In this document: in pieces, positions 1 to 10,329 of the stretch
Numbering within the stretch: the stretch's first letter is position 1
Layout of the letters: every line of letters begins with the position of its first letter
Source: Prochlorococcus sp. AG-355-B18
GTDB lineage: Bacteria; Cyanobacteriota; Cyanobacteriia; PCC-6307; Cyanobiaceae
Length of the DNA stretch: 64,000 nucleotides
Direction: 5' to 3'
NCBI GenBank assembly: GCA_003280965.1
Contig: QCDI01000001.1
Location: forward strand, 32,001-96,000
Program-made: the position numbers and the translations under genes
The notes under the pieces: model-generated
Databases searched by the model: none
What the model was told of the DNA's origin: nothing
The model's input: only the letters and a program-made list of their open reading frames with translations

Positions 1-191
1 TCACTAAAGCAGGTGCAGAAATGGTTGGTTATGTAGATAAATCTTCATATACATTTGATGAGTCTAAAAGTGTCATTGGAGAAAGTTTTTGTGGATTACC
101 TCTAGATGAGGATAGTGAATCTGATTTGACAGATTCACGTCTTGAAACATGGGCTTCTCAACTAAAGGGTGAAATCCCTTCACTGGGGTAA
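1..191 (+). CDS. isiB: Flavodoxin, C-terminal part (gene starts before window)
   Basis: Frame from 3: TKAGAEMVGYVDKSSYTFDESKSVIGESFCGLPLDEDSESDLTDSRLETWASQLKGEIPSLG*, a long-chain flavodoxin C-terminus. Confidence 0.92.
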   Translation, partial: TKAGAEMVGYVDKSSYTFDESKSVIGESFCGLPLDEDSESDLTDSRLETWASQLKGEIPSLG

Positions 192-335
192 GCTTTCAAA
201 GATATTACTTGCCTGATTTGTAACATTTGTTCTTTCTCAATATGTTTTTTTTACATAAGTAATTAAATCTGTAAACAACATGTAAAAAACCATACTCATT
301 AGCAATATGCTCAACTTGCTGTTTACTTAAATCAA

Positions 336-1395
336 ATGTTACAAACTTACGGAAAATCTGATGTCACCTATGACTGGTACGCAGGAAATTCTGGTGTTGT
401 TGGCCGTTCAGGTAAATTCATAGCAGCTCATGCTGCCCATGCAGGATTAATGATGTTCTGAGCAGGAGCTTTTGGATTATTCGAACTAGCTCGTTACGAC
501 GCCAGTATTCCAATGGGTGCACAGAAAGCAATTGTTTTGCCTCACCTAGCGGGTATTGGAATTGGAGGCGTTGAAAATGGTGTAATTACAGAACCATACG
601 GAATTGTTGTAATTTGCACATTACATCTAATTTTTTCAGCAGTATTAGGTGCTGGTGGATTACTGCATTCCAATAAATTTGCAGGTGATCTTGGAGACTA
701 TCCAGAAAATAGTAAGCCTCAGAAATTCGATTTTGAGTGGGATGATCCTGATAAATTAACTTTTATTCTTGGCCATCATCTAATTTTTCTTGGTCTTGGA
801 GCAATAATGTTCGTGGAGTGGGCGCGCATTCATGGAATTTACGATCCCGCAATCGGATCTACAAGACAAGTTGTCTACAATTTAGATATTGCAGCTATTT
901 GGAATCATCAATTTGATTTTTTTAAAAATTGATAGTCTAGAGGATGTCATGGGAGGACACGCTTTTCTCGCTTTCCTTGAAATAATTGGAGGTGTTTTCC
1001 ATATTTGTACAAAACAATTTGGAGAATATACAGAATTTAAAGGTAAGGGATTACTTGGGGCTGAGGCAATATTGTCTTACTCAGTAGTTGGCGTTTCTTA
1101 TATGGCTTTTGTAGCTGCCTTTTGGTGTGCTTCAAACACAACTATATATCCAGTTGATTTATATGGAGAGCCTTTAAAGCTTCAATTTGAATTTGCACCT
1201 TATTTTACTGATACGGTTGATTTAGGTTCAGGAGCGTACAGCTCAAGAGCTTGGCTTGCAAACACTCATTTCTATTTAGGTTTCTTCTTCTTACAAGGTC
1301 ATCTTTGGCACGCATTAAGAGCTATGGGATTTGACTTTAAGAAAATTGGCTAAGCATTTGACAACATAGAAAATACAAAAATTACACAAAATTAG
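336..1395 (+). pseudogene. pcb: Pcb/IsiA-family chlorophyll-binding antenna protein, disrupted
   Basis: ATG 336 MLQTYGKSDVTYDWYAGNSG...; in-frame TGA at 459-461 (Trp position), +1 frameshift in T7 at 917-923, TAA at 1351-1353; frame continues AFDNIENTKITQN to TAG 1393-1395. Confidence 0.9.
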
Positions 1396-1403
1396 TTTAA
1401 TTT

Positions 1404-1438
1404 AAAAAACCTCTCTTCATTAATAGAGAGGTTTTTTT
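1404..1438 (+). terminator. Rho-independent terminator after pcb
   Basis: AAAAAACCTCTCT-N8-AGAGAGGTTTTTTT. Confidence 0.85.
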
Positions 1439-1470
1439 GTAGAATTATTTTTACGCGTTTATAAAAATTT

Positions 1471-2124
1471 ATGGAGAATCTAAGAGAAATTAATTGTAAG
1501 GAAATTTTTCGAAAGGCTTATGAAAATAGGTACACCTGGAAAAATGATTTTAATGGTTACCAAGGTAAATGCACTTTTATTCATAAAAATAATATTCATG
1601 AAGGTAAGTTCTTTTTAGGCAAAGACTTTAAACCAAATATTCAAAAAATAGATGATGTGAATATCGTTAAAAGCATTGCCTCTCAATTGTTTGAAGTTTC
1701 AATTCACAGAGTAAGAAGAGATTTTCTTTCTATACATTCAGAGAATAATTTTAATCTAATAAAGAGTTCCGAAAATGGAATAGAAATGAAAGTTTCAGGT
1801 AAAAATGATGGAGATAAATATAGGGTCAAAGATCTTGGGATTAATATGGTTTATAGAAAAATCCACGGAACTATAATAGAAATTTTTGTTGAGGACTTTT
1901 TAAACACAGGTGATGGTTTACTTAGTAAAAAATATACAAGTCAACAAGTTGACCCGAATACTCTTAAACCGAATTCTCAAAAATTAGAATATATAGATGA
2001 ATTTATAAATATAAGTACAAATGATGATTGGATTTTGAATTCAAGAACAATAAAATACTTAAACGATAACCAGGAAGAAGAAATACAGAAATTTGTTTTT
2101 GAAGAACTAAGTTTATTGAATTAG
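1471..2124 (+). CDS. DUF3386-family conserved cyanobacterial protein
   Basis: FRKAYENRYTW and EVSIHRVRR motifs. Confidence 0.75.
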   Translation: MENLREINCKEIFRKAYENRYTWKNDFNGYQGKCTFIHKNNIHEGKFFLGKDFKPNIQKIDDVNIVKSIASQLFEVSIHRVRRDFLSIHSENNFNLIKSSENGIEMKVSGKNDGDKYRVKDLGINMVYRKIHGTIIEIFVEDFLNTGDGLLSKKYTSQQVDPNTLKPNSQKLEYIDEFINISTNDDWILNSRTIKYLNDNQEEEIQKFVFEELSLLN

Positions 2125-2130
2125 ATTGCT

Positions 2131-2376
2131 CTATTCAACCAATCTAAATCCTTTATCAAGTAGTTTTTGATAGAGAAGTCTTGCTCTAAAGGCTAAAATT
2201 TGTTCTTCATTTTCATTGCTTATTACATGAAAATAATTATTATCCAATTTGTTTTTACTAAAGCATACGTTTGCTTCTCCTAATCTTAAAGTCCAATTTT
2301 CTTCTTTGGCTAGATGTTGATTAGGGCCGAGGTCCCATGGGCATTTTTCAGGATATTTTTCTCTTTTAGAACCCAT
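2131..2376 (-). CDS. Hypothetical protein (DUF1651-like C-terminus)
   Basis: 81 aa ORF ending ARLLYQKLLDKGF. Confidence 0.55.
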   Translation of the reverse strand: MGSKREKYPEKCPWDLGPNQHLAKEENWTLRLGEANVCFSKNKLDNNYFHVISNENEEQILAFRARLLYQKLLDKGFRLVE

Positions 2377-2483
2377 AATTATTAATTTTAACTATCCAAT
2401 ATTAGTAAAAATTTGAAAGTATGGCTATGGAATATGATTTATTCCATTAATTATCAATTCACTCAATTTGATATGGGATTTAT

Positions 2484-3122
2484 CTACTCTTTAGTTGCAA
2501 TCAAACAATAAAAAGGATCTTTATTTAAAAAATAAAAGATATTAAGGGCCGGTTGATTAAATTTTTTTATAATATTTGGTTCATTAAATCCGTTTGTGAT
2601 TAATACTTTTCGTACATACTTAATTCTCTCTTCCTCAGTAGAAGTGGTCCATATATTTGGAGCCTTATGCCAAAATGCTCTATTTGAAAAAGCAATTATA
2701 AATTTGCCCTGATCATTCAAAATCCGTGCGATTTCTTTAGTTAAATTCTCTGGATATTGTAAATATTGCCAACCAGCCACCATTAAACAATAATCAACGC
2801 TTCCGCTATCAAGAGGAATTACTTGATTTAAATTGAAATTTTGTATCCAAAAAGAATCAAAAATTTTGTTTTTTTCAAGTTCTTGTTTGTTTAATCCATG
2901 CCCAATAACTTTTTTGTATTTTTTTTCTAAAGGTAAATAACTGTCCCAACTGGACATTAAATCAAGGACAGTTGAATAATCTGCAATTTCATTTTTATAA
3001 ACATTCGATAAATTTTGTCTGAAATTTGCATCCAGATGATAAACAAATTTTGGGTCAGAATAAAATTCTTCATCATTAGTTTCATCAAGTTTTTTTCTTT
3101 GATAATTATTTAAAACTTCCAA
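2484..3122 (-). CDS. SAM-dependent methyltransferase
   Basis: FYSDPKFVYHLD, VLDLMSSWDSYLP, GHGLN, FSNRAFW motifs; likely start TTG 3122 (ORF track extends to 3233). Confidence 0.8.
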   Translation of the reverse strand: MEVLNNYQRKKLDETNDEEFYSDPKFVYHLDANFRQNLSNVYKNEIADYSTVLDLMSSWDSYLPLEKKYKKVIGHGLNKQELEKNKIFDSFWIQNFNLNQVIPLDSGSVDYCLMVAGWQYLQYPENLTKEIARILNDQGKFIIAFSNRAFWHKAPNIWTTSTEEERIKYVRKVLITNGFNEPNIIKKFNQPALNIFYFLNKDPFYCLIATKE

Positions 3123-3450
3123 AACATTTATTATTTGATATGACTTAAATTTAGTAAATAGAAATTTATAGTGTGATTTAGATAGGTTTTTTATATTTAT
3201 ATTAATTAAAAATTTTTTAAAAAACCTAGACATATATTCAAAAAAAGTTAAATTATTGGTTAATAATTTAATTAAATATGATTGAATTCAAAAGGAGCAA
3301 AAAAAGTAGATCTAAAAATGCCCTTTTCAATCCCTATAAAAACGGAATAAGCTCATATGATATGACATATTTGTCATCAAAAAAAGTCCAAAAATCTAAA
3401 ACTGTTCATTTAGAAGGTGATTCCCAAAAAGATTATTTAGCTGCATAAAT

Positions 3451-3783
3451 ATGCCTTATATCAATGTTTCTACTTCAGTCAAGGTAGATGATAAGAAGAA
3501 ATTACTTGAAGAAATTTCAATACTTGTCTCATCACTAACTAATAAATCGAAAAGATTTGTAATGGCTAAAATAGAAGATAATTCCCAAATGTATTTTGAA
3601 GATGAAACCCCTTGTTGTTTTTTAGAGATTAAGTCAATAGGCTCTTTAAATCCATCTGAAATGGCAAAGCAAATATCTAATTTTGTATATGAAAAAATGG
3701 GAATTCCAATAGATAAAATTTATATTTCTTTTGAGGATGTGCCTGCTTCAATGTGGGCTTGGAATGGAAGAACCTTTGGATAA
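3451..3783 (+). CDS. MIF / phenylpyruvate tautomerase family protein
   Basis: N-terminal Pro (MPYINV), KSIG motif, WAWNGRTF end. Confidence 0.88.
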   Translation: MPYINVSTSVKVDDKKKLLEEISILVSSLTNKSKRFVMAKIEDNSQMYFEDETPCCFLEIKSIGSLNPSEMAKQISNFVYEKMGIPIDKIYISFEDVPASMWAWNGRTFG

Positions 3784-3807
3784 AAACTATTTTTAAATAT
3801 TAATTTA

Positions 3808-4197
3808 ATGGAAATAAATAAGTTAGTTGATTTAAACACTTTCAGAGTTGCTCCTAAATTGAACAATAGTCAAATAAAAAAACTTTTTGGAGAATTAGAA
3901 TCAAATATATCTAAGGCAGATTGGATGACAATAGGAATAATGGCACCTAGTGATATTAAGGCTGTTGAAGCATTGCAATCAATTTCTAAAAAATACTCTT
4001 CAATCAAGTTTGGTAATTTAGATTCTCTTTCTGCTAATGGAAGTGTTTTTTTAAAAGCTAATCAAAAAACTAGTAATGTTTTTATTAGATCTGAAAATGG
4101 TATTGGAGAAGGAATTTTAATAACATGTCAGTATGATGAAAATGCTTCAGAGTCAAATACTTTTGGACCATTGCCATTAGATTTTTTTCATAATTAA
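3808..4197 (+). CDS. DUF1824-family protein
   Basis: TIGIMAPS, VFLKANQ, TFGPLPLDFF motifs. Confidence 0.75.
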   Translation: MEINKLVDLNTFRVAPKLNNSQIKKLFGELESNISKADWMTIGIMAPSDIKAVEALQSISKKYSSIKFGNLDSLSANGSVFLKANQKTSNVFIRSENGIGEGILITCQYDENASESNTFGPLPLDFFHN

Positions 4198-4347
4198 TTC
4201 CTCAGTCATGTCTTAATAAAGAGTTTAATTTTATGAAAGTTTTTACAAGATAATAATCTTCAGAACTCAGAGTTGAAAACTTTTTTGCTTTTAAGCTTTG
4301 TTATTATATTTACTGGCATTGATCTAAATTCTCCACTTTTTTAAAAT

Positions 4348-5226
4348 TTGATGTTTTTTCAGGATATAATCCAAAATCTCAATAATTTCTGGTCTGATGA
4401 AGGTTGTTTGATTATGCAGCCTTACGATACGGAAAAGGGTGCTGGCACAATGAATCCTCATACTTTCTTGAGGGCTATTGGACCGGAACCTTGGTCCGTT
4501 GCATATGCCGAACCATGTAGAAGACCTACAGATGGAAGATTTGGGGAAAATCCGAACCGTGCTCAACATTATTTTCAATATCAGGTAATAATTAAGCCTT
4601 CTCCTGATGGGATACAAGAAAAATATTTGAAATCTCTAGAATCTCTTGGAATAAATTCTAAAGATCACGATATTAGATTTGTTGAAGATAATTGGGAGTC
4701 GCCAACTCTTGGAGCATGGGGAGTGGGCTGGGAAGTTTGGTTGGATGGTATGGAAGTTACTCAATTTACTTATTTTCAACAATGTGGCGGTGTAGATTGT
4801 CAACCAATACCAATTGAAATTACATATGGTTTAGAAAGAATTGCAATGTTCTTGCAAGATCAAGAAAGTATTTGGGATTTAAACTGGAATCAAAATCTGA
4901 AATATAGCGATATCTGGCTCCAATTTGAGAAAGGGCAATGCTCATATAACTTTTCTGAATCAAATCCCGAAAATCTCAGAAAATTATTTGAAATCTATCA
5001 AGATGAAGCGAATTTATTAATTGAAAAGAAACTAACTTATCCTGCCCTTGATTATGTTTTAAAATGTAGCCACACCTTTAATTTGCTTGATGCTAGAGGT
5101 GTAATTTCAGTAACAGATCGTGCTCAATATATAGAAAAAATTAGAAAGTTAGCTAGAGAAGTTGCATCTGCTTGGTTAGAGGAAAGAGAATTTATGGGTT
5201 TCCCATTAGTAGAAAAAAATAAATAG
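4348..5226 (+). CDS. glyQ: Glycine-tRNA ligase alpha subunit
   Basis: [35 protein letters not shown]. Confidence 0.97.
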   Translation: MMFFQDIIQNLNNFWSDEGCLIMQPYDTEKGAGTMNPHTFLRAIGPEPWSVAYAEPCRRPTDGRFGENPNRAQHYFQYQVIIKPSPDGIQEKYLKSLESLGINSKDHDIRFVEDNWESPTLGAWGVGWEVWLDGMEVTQFTYFQQCGGVDCQPIPIEITYGLERIAMFLQDQESIWDLNWNQNLKYSDIWLQFEKGQCSYNFSESNPENLRKLFEIYQDEANLLIEKKLTYPALDYVLKCSHTFNLLDARGVISVTDRAQYIEKIRKLAREVASAWLEEREFMGFPLVEKNK

Positions 5227-5253
5227 CAATTTCAAAGATTAAATATTTGTACG

Positions 5254-5271
5254 ATGTAAAAAATTATACAT
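5254..5271. promoter_or_regulatory. NtcA-type palindrome upstream of porin
   Basis: ATGTA-AAAAATTA-TACAT matches GTA-N8-TAC with extended symmetry. Confidence 0.45.
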
Positions 5272-5360
5272 TGATGTGCATCTATTAGTCCTTCTCAAAA
5301 AAGTTACCATCGATACAATTTAATTACCCATTTCTATGGGCATTTTTCGTGTGAGGTAAA

Positions 5361-6677
5361 ATGAAACTCTTCCAAAAACTTTTGGTTGCTAGTACTGCTT
5401 TGGGCTTATTAACCCCAATCGCAGCGCAAGCTACTGAAGCTGTCAATCTTGATGATATGGATAGCTACCGTCGTAGCTCATCTAAAGTCAAAAAATTTGA
5501 TAGCAATACTTTCGCTAATGAAATTAGTGAAGATGTCGCAACCCTAAATGGTCGCGTTGATGGTCTTGAAGCTAGACAAAACAATTTTGAAGCTGGATCT
5601 TTCTCATCTACTACAACTATGGATGGAAAAGCTGTTTTCGCAGTTGGTGGCGTTGATGGCGGTGATACAATAGGCGGTTCAGAAGCTCTTTCTTACGCTT
5701 ATGTATATAAGATGAACTTGAATACAAGTTTCACTGGTGATGACAATCTTTATGTAAGATTATCTGCGGGTGATTGGGGTTCTAACTTTACTAAAAAGCC
5801 AGGTAATTACCATATTGAAGCAAAAAATACTAACAACGAACTCAGACTTGACAAAATTTGGTACACATTCCCTCTAGGAGATAATGCAACTGTTTGGGTT
5901 GGCCCTATGATAGAAAACTATTATATGATGGCTGCAACTCCTTCCATTTATAAGCCTGGCGTATTAAAAGCATTTAAACTAGGCGGTAATGGTGCAGTTT
6001 TCGGTGCTAGTACTGATGGTGGTGCTGGACTTAAGTATGAATTCGGTGATAGTGGCTTCGCAATGAGCACAAACTACGTTGGTAAGGGTAGTGGAACATC
6101 TAAAGGGATCTTAACTGATTCTGATAAGAGTAAAATTGATACTATGATAACTTTTACAAAGCCACAGTATCATGCTTCTATAACTTACTCTAAGCAACAT
6201 GCTGGATGGGATGCCCATGAGTATTATTCAACAGAACTTATTCATGGTAATGTTGGTACTTCTACCAAATTGAGTTCAGATACTAACGCTGATGCATATG
6301 CATTAAGAGCTTACTGGAGACCAGAAGATTCAGGTACTGCTATGCCTGAAATATCAGTTGGTTATGATTCAATTAGTTTTGATAATCATCCCCTGAATGT
6401 ATCAGAAGGCTCTGGATATTTTGTTGGACTAGGTTGGCAGGATATGATCCAAGCTGACGATAGAATAGGAATAGCCTTAGGACAACCTGTTAAGGCAACA
6501 CAAGTTTCTTCTGGAACTTTGAGTGAAGTAGAACCTTTCCTATGGGAAGCTTACTATTCATTCAAGCCTAACGATTCAATTACTGTTACTTCTGCTGTAT
6601 GGGGAGGAACTGATGTTGAGTCCTCAACTGACCAGGATGTCTTTGGAGCAATGCTTACCACAGTATTTAAGTTCTAA
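5361..6677 (+). CDS. Outer-membrane porin (Som / cyanobacterial porin family)
   Basis: Signal peptide, LNGRVDGLEARQNNFEAGSFSSTTT, NLNTSFTGDDNLYVRL, terminal FKF. Confidence 0.9.
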   Translation: MKLFQKLLVASTALGLLTPIAAQATEAVNLDDMDSYRRSSSKVKKFDSNTFANEISEDVATLNGRVDGLEARQNNFEAGSFSSTTTMDGKAVFAVGGVDGGDTIGGSEALSYAYVYKMNLNTSFTGDDNLYVRLSAGDWGSNFTKKPGNYHIEAKNTNNELRLDKIWYTFPLGDNATVWVGPMIENYYMMAATPSIYKPGVLKAFKLGGNGAVFGASTDGGAGLKYEFGDSGFAMSTNYVGKGSGTSKGILTDSDKSKIDTMITFTKPQYHASITYSKQHAGWDAHEYYSTELIHGNVGTSTKLSSDTNADAYALRAYWRPEDSGTAMPEISVGYDSISFDNHPLNVSEGSGYFVGLGWQDMIQADDRIGIALGQPVKATQVSSGTLSEVEPFLWEAYYSFKPNDSITVTSAVWGGTDVESSTDQDVFGAMLTTVFKF

Positions 6678-6685
6678 ATAAAAGA

Positions 6686-6750
6686 AAACCCCTCAAAAAG
6701 AGGGGCACCTTTTTTTAATATTAAAGCCTCATTGTATGGGGGTTTTTTTT
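6686..6750. terminator. Terminator hairpins between convergent genes
   Basis: CCCCTC-AAAAA-GAGGGG followed by T-run; second weaker hairpin with T-run. Confidence 0.65.
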
Positions 6751-6977
6751 TACCAACAATTTTCTCCTTCACCTATTGGAACGCACAAATTAGAATTTTT
6801 TGCTTCGTCAGCAATTTTTTGAGCATCATCATCAAGGACAAAATCTGCATCAATTGACATATCAGTATTCCACTCCTTAAGTCCACCTAAATCTTGTCCT
6901 CCTGCATTTACAGGTGATGAAATTGCTAGCGCACTTGTCGCGGCTATGAATACTGTAATTGAACTTTTTCTTGGCAT
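6750..6977 (-). CDS. Small secreted hypothetical protein
   Basis: Signal peptide; C-terminal CVPIGEGENCW. Confidence 0.65.
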   Translation of the reverse strand: MPRKSSITVFIAATSALAISSPVNAGGQDLGGLKEWNTDMSIDADFVLDDDAQKIADEAKNSNLCVPIGEGENCW

Positions 6978-7051
6978 TTTTTACTTTTATTTATAGTAAA
7001 CATTCTAAATATTTCTAATAACTTTTTCTATTTGATGTATAAAATGATCTA

Positions 7052-7717
7052 TTAATTACCTAGTATTCTTAACAAATTTGAATAGGATTTGAAAATTAAA
7101 TCAACCTCATCTGATCTCCCATATTTTGCTAAGAGTCCTCTTGCTCCTGCATCAAGATCAAATAAATATTCCCTTTCCTCAGTCGATTTAACATAACTTT
7201 CTATCCAGCCTACACAAACTAATCTTTCACCATCAGTTATTTCATTTACTGCATGTAAATAAGAACTTGGATAAATAATAATCTCTCCAGCATTTAACTT
7301 AAATTTCTCTTCTGAATTCATTGTTTCAATAATTAATTCTCCACCTTTGTATAAATTTTTATTCGTTAATGAAAGAGTAAAAGATAAGTCTGATCTCCCT
7401 GAAGACATGTATGGATTATCAATATGTCTTCCATAATGCATATTTTTTGATGATTTTGTAAACATTATTCCATGGATTCTTTTTGGTAAAGAAAAACTTT
7501 TTATTAATTGGTTAGTGAGGATTTTTTTATTTACTATTTGAGAATATTTTTTTGATGCCTCTGAATTTCTATTTAGCTGCAAATTATTTTTTACTATTGA
7601 AGCGTGACTGCCGGCTGTTTTTTTCCCATCTTCCCAATCTTGGGGATATTTCTCTAATTCTTTTTTTATTAAATTTATTTCTTCAGTGTTTAATAACTGA
7701 TGGATTAAATAATTCAT
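7052..7717 (-). CDS. piuC: PKHD-type Fe(II)/2-oxoglutarate hydroxylase
   Basis: WEDGKKTAG, HYGRHIDN, RSDLSFTLSL, YPSSYLHAV, RLVCVGWIES. Confidence 0.9.
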   Translation of the reverse strand: MNYLIHQLLNTEEINLIKKELEKYPQDWEDGKKTAGSHASIVKNNLQLNRNSEASKKYSQIVNKKILTNQLIKSFSLPKRIHGIMFTKSSKNMHYGRHIDNPYMSSGRSDLSFTLSLTNKNLYKGGELIIETMNSEEKFKLNAGEIIIYPSSYLHAVNEITDGERLVCVGWIESYVKSTEEREYLFDLDAGARGLLAKYGRSDEVDLIFKSYSNLLRILGN

Positions 7718-7818
7718 ATGAAATATAAAAAATGATACATCTTTTGTATAGAAGTTCGCTTTTGAAGTTTGAACTGTTTTTATAGGTATAAAGTAACCAT
7801 AGATACTATTTTTAAAAA

Positions 7819-8841
7819 GTGCAAAAACTTAAAAAAGTAATTTATTCGGCATTGGCATGTACATTTTTATTGAACGTTAATATACCTGCTAATTCAACAG
7901 AAAAAGAAGTCAAAGTTTTTTCAGGCAGACATTACAACACAGATAGAAGTGTATATAAAAAATTTGCAGAAGAAACTGGGATAAAAGTTCGACTAATTGA
8001 AGCTGCTGGTATCTCCTTAATCGAAAGGCTAAAAAGAGAGGGAAAAAATTCTCAAGCCGATCTAATTTTGCTTGTTGATGCGGCAAGAATTACTAATGCT
8101 GCGAAATTAGGCTTGCTACAGAAGATTGATTCTAATAATTTAGAAAATGATGTTCCAGTTGGATTAAAAGATCCTGATAAGGAATGGTACGCATTAACAA
8201 GAAGAGTAAGAGTTATGGTCGCGAATCCAAAGGTGGTAGATGTAAGCAAAATTAATGATTACACTGATCTAGCGGACCCCTCTTTAAAAGGAAAAGTATG
8301 TTTGAGGAATAGAAAAAGTCCATATAATCAGTCTTTGGTAGCGAATCAAATAATTAATAAGGGTGAAGAAGCAACTAAGAATTGGCTTAATGGGATGATT
8401 TCAAATGTATCAAAACCTTTTTTTCCAGGGGATATTTCTATCGTAAGAGCAGTTTCTAAGAAAAAGTGTGGAGTAGGAATTGTAAACCATTACTATGTTG
8501 CAAGAATGCTAGCTGGTGTAAATGGAAGAAGAGATGCGTTATATGCAAAAAAAACAACAGTCCTCACACCTAATCCTGCACATGTAAATATTAGTGCTGG
8601 TGGTGTAGCTAGATACGCAAGAAACAAAACTGCAGCTATAAAGCTACTTGAATATTTAGCTTCTCCTAGTGGAAGTGAGGGGCTAGCAGCTCCTACTTTT
8701 GAACATCCATTGAAAGAGGTAAATCAAAGTCCTATTGTTAAAGACTTTGGATCATTTATTCCTGATAAAGTTACAGTAGAAGATCTTGGTGTTAATAATT
8801 CTCTTGCAATAAAATTGATGAAAGATGCAGGCTGGGATTAA
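7819..8841 (+). CDS. futA: Fe(III) ABC transporter substrate-binding protein
   Basis: SGRHYNTD, ERLKREG, NHYYVAR, HVNISAGGV. Confidence 0.93.
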   Translation: MQKLKKVIYSALACTFLLNVNIPANSTEKEVKVFSGRHYNTDRSVYKKFAEETGIKVRLIEAAGISLIERLKREGKNSQADLILLVDAARITNAAKLGLLQKIDSNNLENDVPVGLKDPDKEWYALTRRVRVMVANPKVVDVSKINDYTDLADPSLKGKVCLRNRKSPYNQSLVANQIINKGEEATKNWLNGMISNVSKPFFPGDISIVRAVSKKKCGVGIVNHYYVARMLAGVNGRRDALYAKKTTVLTPNPAHVNISAGGVARYARNKTAAIKLLEYLASPSGSEGLAAPTFEHPLKEVNQSPIVKDFGSFIPDKVTVEDLGVNNSLAIKLMKDAGWD

Positions 8842-8891
8842 AGCCGAATAAAAACCTAAAATAGAATCAGAAATATAATATATATAAGTAA

Positions 8892-8976
8892 GGAGAGGTG
8901 GCTGAGAGGTCGAAAGCGAACGACTCGAAATCGTTTAATAGGGAACTATTCGTGGGTTCGAATCCCACCCTCTCCG
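8892..8976 (+). tRNA. tRNA-Ser (anticodon CGA)
   Basis: GGAGAGG/CCTCTCC acceptor stem, AACGA-CTCGAAA-TCGTT anticodon arm, long variable arm, GGTTCGAATCC T-arm; CCA not encoded. Confidence 0.96.
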
Positions 8977-9125
8977 TAAAAAATTTATTTTGATACTACA
9001 TTTATGCTGTAATCAATCCTCCAAATAGACTGCAATTACAGGATAGTTGAGAAAAATACTTATGGTCAGATAACTTTTTGATTTTGAAATATAAGGTATT
9101 TCTAGGGAAAATATGGGTAACAAAT

Positions 9126-9286
9126 AAGTGGTACATGTTTTATTTCCATGGGGTATGAAAAGCACCCATGGGGTACATAAAAATACCAGTGCGATTTCAG
9201 CAATTTAGGAGATAGTTCAAGTGACACCTTCTTATGATGGGGGACAAGAAATTTTGATGTGGTACAGAATATTTTGATGGGGTTTA
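9126..9286 (+). repeat. Array of ATG(G/T)GGTACA-like direct repeats with 20 bp spacing
   Basis: Copies at 9126, 9148, 9168, 9237, 9257, 9277; two more at 10650 and 10662. Confidence 0.75.
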
Positions 9287-9411
9287 TTGGTTGACAGTTG
9301 ATCTAAAATTTAGAATAAACATCTATTTTATATGGTGTATTCAGGTGACATTTAGAGAACGCGAGAATGATATCGACTTAGTTACATCAAATTTCAAAAT
9401 TTTTTTCGGAC

Positions 9412-10329
9412 ATGAAAAAACTTGTTATCCTTTTTCTCATATTGATATGTTTTACCAGTGGTAATTCATACTCAAAGGGTCGATCTCCTTGGAATTTCTC
9501 TGAGGACTTTGAAAATGAAAAAGAAGGAAGATTGAGAACCAACAAATTTACGACCAACAATAAGGGTACAGGTCGAAAACCATTCAAAATTAGAAAAGAT
9601 CCTGATGGCAATCAGTATCTTGAAGTGACAGTGAAAGATGGATGGAATGTTGATCAAAAAGGAAGAGAAAAGGAAACAACTGAAAGAGCAGAATTTCAGG
9701 TCAAACCCAAAAAAGCATTAGGTAAAGAAATATGGATCAGTTTCAAAAAAAGACTTCCAGAGGATTTTACTCATATCGACGACAGAGTATTATTTTTTCA
9801 ATTCAAAAACACAATGCATATTGATGATGGAAAAAATGGTCCTCTGATAGGATTACGTTATTATGAAAATGGAAATAGATTGCAAATAGGAGGAGATACC
9901 GGAGGAGATGCAGGTCGATCTATAAGTCGAAAGGAAGAGCGCCTTCATCGTATTGAAACAAAGTATAAAAACTATGGAGGAAAATATTGGTTTCAAAAAT
10001 GGAAAAAGTACCGAAGTGAAAGTAAAGACAGAGATGTTGATGGTACAGCGAGTGTCACTCCATTAGGGAAATGGAGTACATATAAGATTGGAATCCATAA
10101 TACAAAGAATGATGATGGTTTTGTGAAAGTTTATAAAGATGGCGAATTGATGTTTGATTATAATGGTGTCACTTATGATTGGCGTGGACGTTATTATCAA
10201 AGTCATATCAGAATCGGTATCTATCGAGATCGAGTATTTGGAGTGAGTTACCCCGATCAAACAATTCACTTTGATGATTTCATTGTTGTTTCAGATGAAA
10301 AGACTTTAGATCAGATACTCGCCAGATAG
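9412..10329 (+). CDS. Secreted polysaccharide lyase-like (heparin lyase I-type beta-sandwich) protein
   Basis: Signal peptide; ERAEF, LFFQFK, LGKW, GFVKVYKDGELMFDYNG, IRIGIYRD, IHFDDF pattern. Confidence 0.65.
   Translation: MKKLVILFLILICFTSGNSYSKGRSPWNFSEDFENEKEGRLRTNKFTTNNKGTGRKPFKIRKDPDGNQYLEVTVKDGWNVDQKGREKETTERAEFQVKPKKALGKEIWISFKKRLPEDFTHIDDRVLFFQFKNTMHIDDGKNGPLIGLRYYENGNRLQIGGDTGGDAGRSISRKEERLHRIETKYKNYGGKYWFQKWKKYRSESKDRDVDGTASVTPLGKWSTYKIGIHNTKNDDGFVKVYKDGELMFDYNGVTYDWRGRYYQSHIRIGIYRDRVFGVSYPDQTIHFDDFIVVSDEKTLDQILAR

Noticed and set aside
459..461. TGA read-through (Trp or Sec recoding) in pcb
   Set aside because: TGA ends ordinary genes here (petM, pntA), and the gene has two further lesions
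513..1353. Two separate antenna genes as in the ORF track
   Set aside because: They are fragments of one frameshifted gene
3362..3377. ATGACA-N4-TGTCAT palindrome upstream of the MIF gene
   Set aside because: Single short occurrence; cannot be distinguished from chance
9126..9286. 20-bp periodic repeats as a mini-CRISPR
   Set aside because: Units and spacers are too short (about 10+10 nt)
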